Notes under the pieces: generated by a model
Told to the model about the DNA's origin: nothing
What the model saw: the letters and a program-made list of their open reading frames with translations, nothing else
Database searches by the model: none
Made by a program: the position numbers and the translations under genes
Shown here: one piece after another, positions 12,440 to 23,912 of the stretch
How positions within the stretch are numbered: the stretch's first letter is position 1
Layout of the letters: each line of letters opens with the position of its first letter
NCBI GenBank assembly: GCA_028534125.1
Contig: CM052816.1
Span: 101,062,001-101,122,000 of the forward strand
Direction of reading: 5' to 3'
DNA length: 60,000 nucleotides
DNA from: Lama glama
Lineage: Eukaryota

Positions 12440-13500
12440 CCCTGAGAGCCCTTGATCCTGTTGGAAAACTGCTTTCCCTCGTTTGCTAAGTTTTTTAAGA
12501 TTATCAACAGCGGTTGCATTTTGTCAAGTGGCTTATGGGCATCTGCTGACATAGCTGCTCTCCCTCGACCTCTTACCGTGGTGAGCTGCCTTGATTGCTC
12601 TTCTTGTGCTAGACCAGCCTTCCACGCCTAGGACACAGCCAGCTGGATCTTGGTGTATTAATCTTGTTACGTGTTACAGGATCTGACATACTCGTGTTTT
12701 GCTAATGATTTTCACACTTATATTCACAGAAGATTCTGCTCCGTAAACTTGCGACGTCTTTAGCTTTGGAATCCTGGTTACAGTAACCCCATAAAACACG
12801 CGTGGACGTGACGCCTCCCCTGATTTCTGAACACGTTTCTGTAGGATTGATGTCACCCCCTCATGTGCTTGATAGGATTCACCAGTGAGGGATTTGGGGC
12901 CCGGCGTTTTCTTTGTAAAAACGTGTTTATTTCCTTTGTAAGAAGCTATTTAATTATTAATCCACTGTCTTGAACAAACACGAGGCTGCACATTTTCTAG
13001 TTTTCCTGGAGTTTGCTTTGGAAGCTTGTGCCTTTCGGAAGGTGTCAGCTCACCCAGGTTGTCAGGTGTACGAGCGCAGGACTGCTCCCGCGCCCCGTTG
13101 TGCCCTCGGTGCCCGCTGGGTCTGGGGTGACGTCCGCCTCTGTTCCTGCTCCTGGCGATTTCTGTCCTTTTGCTTTTTCATCTGTTTTGTTCAAGTCTTT
13201 CCAGTTTTATTAACCTTCACAAAGAACAGATTCTGGGTTTGATTTTTCTCTGTTGGCTGTCTTAGACGTCATCGATTTTCTTGTCCATGTTTATTACTTC
13301 TTTTTCCCTACTTACCTTGACCTCAATACCCCTCTTTCACTCGCTTCTCCAGGAGGAAGCAGAGAAAACTGTTGAGACTTTCCTTTATGTCTGGTTTTGG
13401 TGTTAAAGTTACAAGTCTCCTTCTAAGAGCTATTTTAGCTGCCTCCCACCAATTTTGTATTTGATTTTAATGTTCCAAGTCCATTTTCTTGGACACATGT
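12440..13500 (-). mobile_element. Old L1 ORF2 fragment, degraded
   Basis: Antisense ORF2 motifs 'ttgcattttgtcaagtggcttatgggcatctgctgac', 'gataggattcaccagtgag', 'ttattaaccttcacaaagaacagattctgggtt'. Confidence 0.75.
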
Positions 13501-13597
13501 TAACATCTTTCAATATGGAGAATGGCTTTTCTTACATTTCTTAAATTACAGATTTAAATATGAGTTCTGTTCCACTGTGTTTGTTCACTCTTGAAAT

Positions 13598-14815
13598 CCC
13601 CCTGTACCCTCTGGTAACCATAAGCTTATTCTCTCTGTCTGTAAGTCTGTTTCTGTTTTGTAGATAAATTCGTTTGTGTCCCCTTTTTTTAGATTGCACA
13701 CATAAGTGATACCATCTGGTATTTTTCTTTCTCTTTCTGGCTTACTTCACTTAGAATGACGATCTCCAGGTCCATCCATGTTGCAGCAAATGGCATTATT
13801 TTATTCTTTTTATGGCTGAGTAGTATTCCATTGTATAAATACACCACATCTTCTTTATCCAGTCACCTGTTGATGGATATTTGGGTGGTTTCCGTGTCTT
13901 GGCTGTTTTAAATAGTGCTGCTGTGAACACTGGGATGCATGTTTCTTTTTGTTAAGGTTCCCTCTGAATACACGCCCAGGAGTGGGACTGCTGGATCATG
14001 TGGTGAGTCTATTTCTAGTTTTTTAAGGAACCTCCGTACTGTCCTCCATAGTGGCTGCAGAAGTTTCTGTTCTCACTGACGATGCAGGAGGGTCCCCTTT
14101 CTCCACACCCTCTGCAGCATTTGTTGCTGGTAGACTTTTGAATGGTGGCCATTCTGGCTGCTGTGAGGTGATCCCTCATTGTCGTTTTGATCTGTGCTGT
14201 TCTAGCAATTGGAGATGCCTGTTGGCCGTCTGCACGTCTTCTTTCGCGAGATGTCTGTTTGGGTCTTCTGCCCATTTCTGGATTGGGTTCCTTGTTCTTT
14301 TTAATCCTAAGGTGTACAAGCTGTTTGTATGTTTTGGAAATCAGCCCATTGTCAGTCACATCATTTCGAATATTTCTCCCGTTATGTACGCTCTCTTTCA
14401 TTTTACTCATGGTTTCCTTAGCTGTGCAAAACCTTTTACGTTTAATTAGATACCATTTGTTTATTTTTACTTTTATTTCCATTGCTCCAGGAACTGGTTC
14501 AAAAATACATTGCTGTGATTTATGTCCAAGACAATTCTGCCTATGTTTTCCTCTAGGCGTTTTATAGTATCTGGTCTTACATTCAGGTCTTTAATCCAGT
14601 CTGAGTTTATTTTTGCATACAGTGTTAGAGAATGTTCTGGTTTCATTCTTTTCCATGGAGCTGTCCAGGTTTCCCAGCACCACTTACTGAAGAGACTGTC
14701 TTCTCTCCATTGTGTGTTCTTGCCTCCTTTGTCATAGATTAATTGACCATAACTGTGTGGATTTATTTCTGGACTTTTCATCCTGTTCCATTGATCTGTG
14801 TGTCTGTTTTTGCTT
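13598..14815 (-). mobile_element. Younger L1 (artiodactyl/camelid-type): ORF2 C-terminus plus part of 3' UTR; frameshifted and non-functional
   Basis: ORFs 14473-14781 ([37 protein letters not shown]...[14 protein letters not shown]) and 14015-14482 (KINKWYLIKRKRFCTAKET...) are recognisable L1 ORF2p C-terminal sequence. Confidence 0.95.
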
Positions 14816-15334
14816 CAGGCACCTTCCTTTTGACTCCACCAGGCCCTGAACTGTTCCTTGTGTCCACTCACCCAGGGTGCACACTCCCCGCTGGCTGGGG
14901 TGATAGCTGCCCTCCCGTCCGTGGGCACTGCTGCCCTCTCTTCCCTTCCAACCACGCTGCTTTCGGGGCTTCACCTCACTAACACGCATGAGCTGAACCT
15001 GCGCCATGTTCCTTCTGTCCTCTGCTTCTGTGTGTTGTCTCGGCAGATGACTGTGCTCTCAGAGCGTGGGCGTTTGGAATGCCAGTGACAGGAGACGAGC
15101 TTCCCTTCCTCCTCCCTTCCCCCTTTCCTTCCTCCCTCCCTTCCATCCCCGGTTCCTCGCTGTGCTGGACATTCGCCATGAAACAAGGGGGTCTGAGGGG
15201 TGGTTTCCAGCACTTCTCTCTCCAGGGCACAGGGGACACAGGTGGAAAAGGGATGCCCAGGGCAGCTGTGATCTGACAGAGGAGTCAGGAGTCCAGGCCT
15301 CGTGGCTGACGGCACTTACATGGGAAATTCAGCT

Positions 15335-15680
15335 GCAGATTGAACGTGCACCCCCAACCCCCGCTCCACCCAAACTCGTAAGTTAAAACTCTGGCCCCCC
15401 AGTGAGGCTGTACTTGGAGATGAGGCTCTGAGGAAGCGATTAGGATAAATGAGACCATAAGGATGGGGTCCTGATCTGATGGGACTGGTGGCTCGTGAGA
15501 GACACCAGAAACTCTCTTTCTCGCTCACTCGCTCTGCACGCATGCCAGGGGTCCATGTGAGGACGAGAAGGTGGCTGTCTAAAAGCCAGAAAGGAGGCCT
15601 CATCGGGAACCAAATCAGCTGGCACTGTGATCTTGGACATCCAGCCTGCAGGACTGTGAGAAACAAGTGTCCTGGCTTCT
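15335..15680 (+). mobile_element. MLT1A-like solo LTR
   Basis: 'tacttggagatgaggctctgagg...ggatggggtcctgatctgatgggactggtgg...ccatgtgaggac...gctggcactgtgatcttggacatccagcctgcaggactgtgagaaacaag'. Confidence 0.85.
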
Positions 15681-17507
15681 TCAGTGGACAGCTCGCCGGC
15701 CCGTGGACGCTGTCCAGACACCAGGCCATCACTATCGTGGTGGCGGCACATCCTCGCCATCCTCTCAGGAAGCCCAGCCCCCGCTGAGAGGTGGTCACTG
15801 AGGCCTGGGGGCAGCGGAGGCACCAAGGCAGCTGCTTCACTCCTCCCAGCTGCCCTCACAGTGGCCCGCCCATCCCTGCCAGTCCTGCTCCATGTCAGTC
15901 CCCATCCTTGCAGGCTCAGTGCCCAGAGCTGCAGGTCTGTCTGTGACCGCAAGCTCAGGACCCCAGGTCGCCAGCATCCAGACACCATGCTAGGCAGATG
16001 AGCAGTCTTCTTCTAGCCCTGTCCTCCCTTCCCTGGACAAACAGGGCTTCCCTGGACCTTCAGCCTCCCAGGCAGCCTCCAACAGTCTGAGCTGACCCTG
16101 GACAACCACAGCAGAGTCGGGGCTCCCCCGGACACCCTAATCCAGACGTGGGTGCCGCTCCCTGACCTGACAGCCACCCGGCGTCTCGCCTGCACCCTCC
16201 TCTGGGGCTGGTGGGCTCCCGGTCCCATAGCAGGGGTCTTGCTTCCATCCAGGTGGGCGCAGGAACCCAGACCACACCCTCCGAGATTCTGCTGCCACCC
16301 CCACCCCCCAGGCCAGGGACCAGCCCCTCGGCCACCACCTGCGACAGTCAGACCAGGCGCAGGTGCTTTCACAGATCCCCAGGGAACCTTCCCTTGGCCC
16401 CCGGGTGCGTGTCTCCAGGTGTCACCCCACCTGACGCCCCCACCGGGTGCAGGTCCTTCCTGCAGGAAGGCCCCTTCACTTTGCGTCGCACCAAGCAAAC
16501 TGGCAGGAGTTAGGACAGGGCTGTGCTTCACTGGCGCAGATACCCGGTTGGCTCTCGAGATGTTAGTCCAGATGTGGCTTCTATTTTTATAGGATTTAAT
16601 TTCCATCGGCTTTGCTGCTTTTTAATGAAGTGCTTTTTCATCTCTTTCTCTCACTCCCAACCAAAATAATAGCTTAGCCAAAGGGAGGCACCTGATTTTC
16701 TGCTTTAAAAGAAAAAACAAGTAGAGCCGCCCTTTGAAGCCACCTGATTTCTCAGCACGTGGGGCAACAAGTTCCGTGTGTAGAACACGGAGCTGACTGT
16801 GAAGTGTCCCTGCTCACTTAGTGCCCTGGGGCCTCTGTCTGTCGGCGATGCTGCCCTGGGTCAACCACTCGTGCCCGATCCACCGCAGCATTTCATTTCA
16901 CTTATAGGAGGACACTACGTACCTAGAAACGTAACAGATTTCATTAGGAATGCGTTTCCCATTCAACCTAGAATTGTTTCCTTTTTTCTTAAAATCGTTG
17001 TATTGTTCCTTCAAACCTGGCCATATAGAGGGCCGGTGATGACCGTGAGCAAAAGGAGTTTAAAACTCTGTCAGCCTCGTTCCTTGTGAGGTTGTGGGTA
17101 ATCGAACAAAAGCAGAATTTGGGCGACGGATGAGTCATGGGATGGCCCGCTCCTCTCCTTTATCTGAACATTCTGAAAACAACCTGGAGCCAGGTCCCTG
17201 CAGGTGAGACTCTCAAGCATGCAAAGAGGGCTCCAGAAATCACCCTGGTCCTTCGGGACCATTCTAGGCTCGTGTCATAGGGGGGTAGGGGCAACCCGGA
17301 CCTCCTGGTCCTCAGTGATCCCACCGCATCTGGACTGCGTGGACTGCAGAGCGCGGAGGACACAGCAGACGCCCCAGCGCCCCCCGCCCACCTCGGGGGT
17401 AGGACAGACGAACGTCCACTGTCCGGGCCTGCAGAGCAGCTCGGCATGGCCGTGTGATCTCGCTCTGGCCCACTGGCTGAGGACACAGGTGTCCTCAGGG
17501 CTGAAGT

Positions 17508-17760
17508 AGCCAGAGCTCTCAGAGAACCAGAACCAGTAGTCATGTATGTGTTCCTTCCCTTCTACACACAGAGACTCTAAGGAAGCGGCTCAGGACGTGC
17601 TGGGGGCTGACGGGCAATCTGCAGAGCAGACTGGCAGGCCAGGAACTCAGGCAGGACTTCTGTGTCACAGGCTGAGGAGAAACCTGTCACTGTTCTACAG
17701 GCCTTCAGCTGATTGGATGAGGCCCACCCTCATCCAATTTGCTTTGCTCAAAGTCCCTCC
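17508..17760 (-). mobile_element. MLT2 (ERVL) LTR fragment
   Basis: 'ctctcagagaaccagaaccagtag...caggccttcagctgattggatgaggcccaccc...tttgctttgctcaaagtc'. Confidence 0.75.
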
Positions 17761-18712
17761 CTTCCCTGATAATTCTTTCTCTGCCTGTCAACTTCCTCTA
17801 AAAGATTAGGCTCATCGGTGGGTCCAACCTGGTCTTTTTGGTGAAAGGACTGCCCTCCAGAGCTGCAGAGGTGCCGCCCCCCCAGGACGCGCCTCCTGGG
17901 GTCAGTGCCAGACACTCTGCGGAGCGGACCTGCAGGTGCTCTGGCCCTGGCCAGGCCGGACCTGGCAGTGGCATGGTGGTCATGGTGGCGTCAGGAGGAG
18001 CAAGGGATGGGACAGGCTCCGTTGCCCGTCGCTCCCTGGCCCAGAGGCCAGGCCTCTGTGTCCGAGTCTGCAGATGGGGCTTCCCTCTTCCCGCCAGGAA
18101 ATCCGGAGGGTGGACGTGCTGTCCCGCTGCTCCCTTCCATCCGGGGCCGGCTGCACCCAGTGTTTTCTCACCGTCCGGGCAGGCTCAGCTTCGCAGCTGC
18201 TCGCTCTCACTTCCAACCAACACAGCCTTCTTCTGCCGCAAAGAGGGAGCGCTGTTTGTCCGGAAAGGAACACCATCCACAGCTGTGACACAAACACAGA
18301 TAGCTGGCTCCGGGACATTCTTAATAAAAAAGCCATGTTGATTGTGCTGCAATGGCGAATCTATAGCACATTTTCCTGCCAAGTGAGAACACTCACGGCC
18401 CTGGGCACGGCGGCCGTCCGTTCGGTGCACAGAGACTGCCCTCTACGGACACTGGGCTTTCCCGGGACGCACACGCCCCCCACCCCCTACTGCTCAGACC
18501 TGGAGACCTGGGTGTGCAGCCCCCACGGGAGGGGCTGTCCTGTCAGCTGCCCAGGGCATGCGCCCCCCCACTGCCGCCGGACGGAGCTCCGAGGTCCCGG
18601 CCCTCGTGCTCGGGCCCCAGCACCTGGATCCCACCCAGGCAGTGGAGACTCTCCGGGCAGAAGGGCAGGGCGGGGGAGACGCCACAGCTGCCGAGGGACG
18701 AGGTCTCTGCGC

Positions 18713-19211
18713 NNNNNNNNNNNNNNNNNNNNNNNNNNNNNNNNNNNNNNNNNNNNNNNNNNNNNNNNNNNNNNNNNNNNNNNNNNNNNNNNNNNNNNNN
18801 NNNNNNNNNNNNNNNNNNNNNNNNNNNNNNNNNNNNNNNNNNNNNNNNNNNNNNNNNNNNNNNNNNNNNNNNNNNNNNNNNNNNNNNNNNNNNNNNNNNN
18901 NNNNNNNNNNNNNNNNNNNNNNNNNNNNNNNNNNNNNNNNNNNNNNNNNNNNNNNNNNNNNNNNNNNNNNNNNNNNNNNNNNNNNNNNNNNNNNNNNNNN
19001 NNNNNNNNNNNNNNNNNNNNNNNNNNNNNNNNNNNNNNNNNNNNNNNNNNNNNNNNNNNNNNNNNNNNNNNNNNNNNNNNNNNNNNNNNNNNNNNNNNNN
19101 NNNNNNNNNNNNNNNNNNNNNNNNNNNNNNNNNNNNNNNNNNNNNNNNNNNNNNNNNNNNNNNNNNNNNNNNNNNNNNNNNNNNNNNNNNNNNNNNNNNN
19201 NNNNNNNNNNN
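18713..19211. other. Assembly gap (499 N)
   Basis: Run of N. Confidence 1.
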
Positions 19212-19405
19212 NCACCTCAGATCATTTCTGAGCGTCAGGGTCTGGGGGCCGCTCAGCTGGTCAGCTCTGTCCCAGGGGCCCCCCATGAGGCTGTGGACAA
19301 GGTGCAGGTGGGGCTGTAGTCTTACCTGAAGGCTTGCCCAGGGCGTTCACTCACCTGCCGGGAGAGTTCGCGCTGGTTGTTGGCTGGGGGCCTGCGTTTC
19401 TCTGC
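19212..19405 (-). mobile_element. MLT1-type LTR fragment
   Basis: 'atttctgagcgtcagggtctggggg...ctcagctgg...atgaggctgtggacaagg...ggctgtagtcttacctgaaggcttg...ctggttgttggctggggg'. Confidence 0.55.
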
Positions 19406-19419
19406 TAGGTGACAGGACT

Positions 19420-20688
19420 GCGGTGAATCTGCGGATTGCCTTGTGTAGTGTGGATGTTTTACCGGCATTAATGCCCCCAGCCGTGGGCACCGGGCATCTT
19501 CCCGTTCGTGTGTCTCATTCCTTCCGCTGTCCTGTAGTTTTCAGGGCGCAGGTCTTTCGCCTCCTTGGCTAAGCTTGTTTCTAAGTATTTTCTTCATTTT
19601 GGTACTATTGTAAGTGGGATTAGTGTCTTGATTTCTTTTTCAGATAGTTCTCTGTTAGTGTGTGAAAGCACAACTGCTTTTTGGCATGCTGACTTTGCCC
19701 CTGCAACGGTACTAAATCCATCTATTAATTCTAGTAGCTTTTTTGGTGGAGTCATTAGGGTTTTCTATGGATAAAATCGTATCCTCTGCAAGTAGAGACA
19801 GTTTGACTTCTTCCCTTCTGATGGTTTTCCTGATTCTTTTTCTTGCCTAATTGCTCTGGCTAGGACTCCTGGTAACTTGTTAAACAGAAGTGGTGAGAAT
19901 GGGCATCCTTTTCTTATTTCTGCTCTTACAGGAAAAGCTCTCAACTTTTCATTACTGAGCAGATGTCAGCTGTGGGCTTGTCATTTATGGCTTCTGCTAT
20001 GTTGAGGTACATTCTTCCTGTACCGAATACATTGGCAGTTTTATCGTGAAAGAACTTTAATTTTGTCAGATGATTTTTCTGCATCTGTTGAGATGATCGT
20101 ATGATTTTCACCCTTCATTCTGTCAATGTGATGTAACACAGTGACTGATTTGTGCATGTTGAACCAATCCTTCATCCCAGTGGTAAACCCCACTTCATCA
20201 TGGTGTGTGATCCTTTTAATGTCCTGTTGGATTTGGTCGGCTAATATTTAGACGAAGATTTTTCATCTATGCTCATCTGGGATATTGCCCTATAATTTTA
20301 TTTTCTTATGTTGTCCTTCTCTGGCTCTGTTATGAGGGTAATGCTGGTCTCATAAAATGAGTTTGGAAGTGCTCCCTCCTCCTTAACTATTTGGAAGAGT
20401 CTAAGAATGATCGGTATTAATTCTTCCTTTAATGTTTGGTAGAATTCACCTGTGAAGCCATTTGGTCCTGGGCTTTCCTGGCTGAAGGGTTTTTGGTTAC
20501 TGCTTCAGTCTCTGTGCTCATTATTTATTCGGATTTTCTGTTTCTTTTTGATTCAGTCTTGGTATGTTGCCTATCGCTAGCGATTTATCCATTTTCCTGG
20601 GTTATTTGATTTGTTGGCATACAATTGTTCATAGTAGTCTCTTACGATCCTTTATATTTCTGTGGTCTCATTTGTCATGTCTCCTCTT
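19420..20688 (-). mobile_element. L1 ORF2 (RT region) fragment
   Basis: Clear antisense ORF2: 'agaagtggtgagaatgggcatcctt', 'gcatctgttgagatgatcgtatgatttt', 'aatgtttggtagaattcacctgtgaagccatttggtcctgggc'. Confidence 0.9.
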
Positions 20689-21452
20689 GCATGGCTATTC
20701 CCAGGGGTTTGGGCAGGTGTGGATCCTGCCTGACCCCAGGGTGAACAGGACTGCCTCCAGATCCTTGGTCAGCAGGGCTGGTGCTGGGACAAGGGTCCAC
20801 TTCAATCTCTGTAGTTGGGTCTGCAAACGACAAGCCCGTTACCAGGTGTGCAGATGGGAGTGGCTCCCACCTGGCGCATGGAGGGCTCCTGTCGTGTCAC
20901 TGAGCAGGCAGGATTGCTCTTGGACCGTGGCCGAGAGGGGCTGCCTCGGGATGTTCAGACGAGCTGAGGTCTGCTGCTCTGCCTCCAGAGGCGCAGATGG
21001 GACTGTGTCCCAGCACATCAGTGGGCAGGCAGGACCGCCCCTGGCCCATGGTTGGGAGGCTGGAGCCAGTTACATGGCTGCTTGAAGATTTACAGTCTGA
21101 GCAAGTTCTGTAGGCCAGTCCCTGGCCATGGGCAGGCATGACTCTCCCAGGTCCCTGGGGAATGGTGCCAGTGTTGGGACCAAGGTCAGATGAAGCTGCA
21201 GCTGAGTTTGCAGGGGGATGGGACTGTTTGCAGGTTTGTAGCCAGGACCACAGTAGGTGAGCCATCACCTGAGTGTGGACCTGCCTTCTCAAAACAGCAC
21301 CCCTTGATCTTGGGCTCCACGGGGGTTTTGCAAGCATCCCAAAGCTCCCACAAAGGCACTCTGTCCACAGATGGTGCCAAACTGTTGTTGCTTGGTGGGA
21401 GGGGGCCGGGGCAAGAGCAGAAGACATCCTATTCCACCATTTTGCTGATATA
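20689..21452 (-). mobile_element. Probable L1M 5' UTR joined directly to the ORF2 fragment
   Basis: Ends 'catcctattccaccattttgctgatat'; its reverse complement 'atatcagcaaaatggtggaataggatg' resembles the AAGATGGCG-type start of old L1 5' UTRs. Confidence 0.55.
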
Positions 21453-22129
21453 TAGACAATAATGGCTGTTGTTTGGAATCACTGAATTCGGAGTGGCTTG
21501 TTACACAGTAGTAACTAACAGATACTTTGCCCTGCCCTGTTGTGATTTATTTTGTCTCTTCCCCCAGACAGCTGTGCTCTGTTGCACTTACCTCTGAATC
21601 CCTGGTGCCTGGAAAAGCATCTGATGTACCGTAGGGACCACATATAGGAGCTGCTCCAGTATCTCCCAGCCTGTCAGACCTTCCCACCCCAAACACCCCT
21701 GAGCATGTGGAGCAGAGGTGCACACCCACAGCCATGTGCCCACATGGGGGCACGACAGGGCCTGCACCCCTGCCGCCTTGCCTGGGCCAGTGCTCCGAGC
21801 CAACCCACGGGGCTGGGAGAGCAGAGATCCCGCACGTACCCCAGAAGCCCAGCACAGCCTTTGTCATGGAAGACACAGCCCTGAAAACTCAAATGTGGGT
21901 GAAGATGGGTTCACCCCACTCCGTGGGAGTCTGTGAAATCACCAAGGGAGCAAAAGGAGGAGCTCACCTGCTCCCGATTGTGCACCTGGGGGTGCTGAGA
22001 AGGAGCAGGAGGCCCCCCACCTCTTGCCCCTTCCCCCCTCCCATAGCCTCCATGCCCCCTTCTCTGGGGGTCTTCTGAGATGCCTTTTACAGCCGTTCTT
22101 TTAAAGCCCGCAGGCTCACTGGAAACACA

Positions 22130-22270
22130 TGATATCAGCCCCACTTTACAGCTGAGAAAATGGAAAGTCAGAGAAATTGATGACTCACTCAAGGTCATGA
22201 CCGAGGACTTCATGCACGTGAGGACACAACCCTCGGGTGAAGGTGCGTCCCTGGTGACAGTGCTCTACCC
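22130..22270 (-). mobile_element. MIR SINE fragment
   Basis: 'ccccactttacagctgagaaaatggaaagtcagagaaattgatgactcactcaaggtca' is the MIR core, antisense. Confidence 0.7.
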
Positions 22271-22669
22271 AGCACCTCCTTGGGTTCGCTGGAGGCAGCC
22301 TGCCCCCTAGCCAGGCTGGGACACCTGTGTGGCCAGGGCTGCGGGGCTCGGTCAGCCTGGACACAGAGAGGTCCATTGTTGAGGGCCCCAGAGCCTGGGG
22401 TCAGCCCTGGTCCAGCAGCACGCGGGCATGGTCCAGAGGGCACTGCCACGTCACCCCGTCCCCATGCAGGCCTGGTTCTGGGCTCGGGCGAGTTCAGGCC
22501 GGCCCCGCCGTGCACCGTCTGCACAGCACACACCCTCACAGCCCACATCCATCTTCCCGAGCTTCATTTTTTTTAAAGCAGAGACTGGAAGGGAATTAAA
22601 AAAAAAAAAAAGGAAAGAAAGACCAAGAAGGAGATGCTGGAGATAAAAGGCACATGTGGGTGACAGAGG

Positions 22670-22990
22670 AACTATGACATAGTCAAATTTTATTAATGGC
22701 CCTCCCATATGCATTCGGAGGACAATTAACTATTCACAGGTGAAATTAGCTGATAGGGGTGGCTGTCCTGAGCAAGTCGAATGAGCTCCGATTATATCAA
22801 TAGTTTCCAACCAGTGTCCCTTGGTTATCCCACCATCAAATAAATTTGTCCACTCTCTTCCTCTGGGGGGAGAAGCTTTAATTATCCAGCCCCAGGGTCT
22901 GGCAGGTCATTAATAAAACCTAGTTATCAGGCTCCAGGTTCGGGGGTTCTGCGGTTATCCATCTTCTATCTAAATAAACGTTTGGGAAAT
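22670..22990. promoter_or_regulatory. AT-rich non-repeat island, candidate conserved enhancer, next to a CpG-dense segment (about 23040-23260)
   Basis: TTTTATTAATGG, CAATTAAC, AAATTAGC, ATCAATAG, TTTAATTATC and CATTAATAAAA motifs within about 300 bp. Confidence 0.5.
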
Positions 22991-23699
22991 GTCCTTAGAA
23001 TTATTACAGACACTTTGCCCCTGCCCCGCAGGAGGAATTCCTAAGTGGAACCCGGCTGCACTGGACTGCGGTTCGCGCCGCCTCTCCGCCGGCTGGCCTC
23101 GTGGACCGGCTCCAGGCCGGCCGCACCCGCGCCGACTGCTCCGGGCGGCCTGCAGACGCAGATAAGAGGGAGCGGCTCCATGTGTCTTCGCGCAGCCTCC
23201 ACGTCGCGCCGCATACATCAATGACAAGCGGCAGGACTGAACGGCGGCACCAGCACAGAGCAGGCCCCTCAGCCTTCAGCCAAGGTGCCAGTGCCAGACA
23301 GTGTTCTTCTGTTACAGGTAAGGATGCTTTAAAAATCATCCATTCTTCCTCCTCCAGCCAAGTAATGGGCATTCCACTCGAGTAACCAGGCAAGGGGACA
23401 GGAAAACACCAGCCATGCATGGAGCACCCACGCCTGTCGCTGAGTTAGCAGCGTTTGCCCCCATGGTTACCAGGGTACGCGGAGGCATCCGCTTCCAGCA
23501 CCGCGTGCGAAGATCTCACCAACCCCTTGTCCTGCCCCGCACACCCCGGCCAAGCCCTGCTCCAAAGCACAGACTGAACAATCGAGCAGTAAGAAAAACA
23601 AATTTCCGTCTTAGTTGAACAATGCATGAGGAAGGGCCATCGAGAGACGGTGTGTTGGGTTTGTTTTATTTCAACCCTCTTCTCTTGTTCTCCCAACAG

Positions 23700-23912
23700 T
23701 TTTCTGATTTGCTGTCTTGGAGCAAAGGAGAGGAGACACGGTTGCTGGGACATTACCAGACAGAGCTGCTCCGGGCCGCCCAGGCCAAGAGCTTTGAGTC
23801 TCTCACCAGCTCAGACCGCAGAGAGCAGGCTCACCCTACAGGGACCCACGGGGAGGGGATGGAGCGCTCCAAGCCTTCTCTCTCTTTCCTTCAGCTCAAT
23901 ATTAAGGCGAAG
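23700..23912 (+). ncRNA. Candidate internal exon (213 nt) of an unannotated, probably non-coding transcript
   Basis: Acceptor 'ccctcttctcttgttctcccaacag|' at 23699 and consensus donor 'GAAG|gtaagt' at 23912; upstream donor 'CAG|gtaagg' at 23317. Confidence 0.3.

Noticed and set aside
14015..14781. Reverse-transcriptase-related coding region as an active gene
   Set aside because: Only the frameshifted C-terminal part of L1 ORF2 is present; there is no intact RT, ORF1 or promoter.
17936..19329. Long ORFs (240-431 aa) around the first gap, and the similar ones at 46774-47515
   Set aside because: Their length comes from runs of N translated as X.
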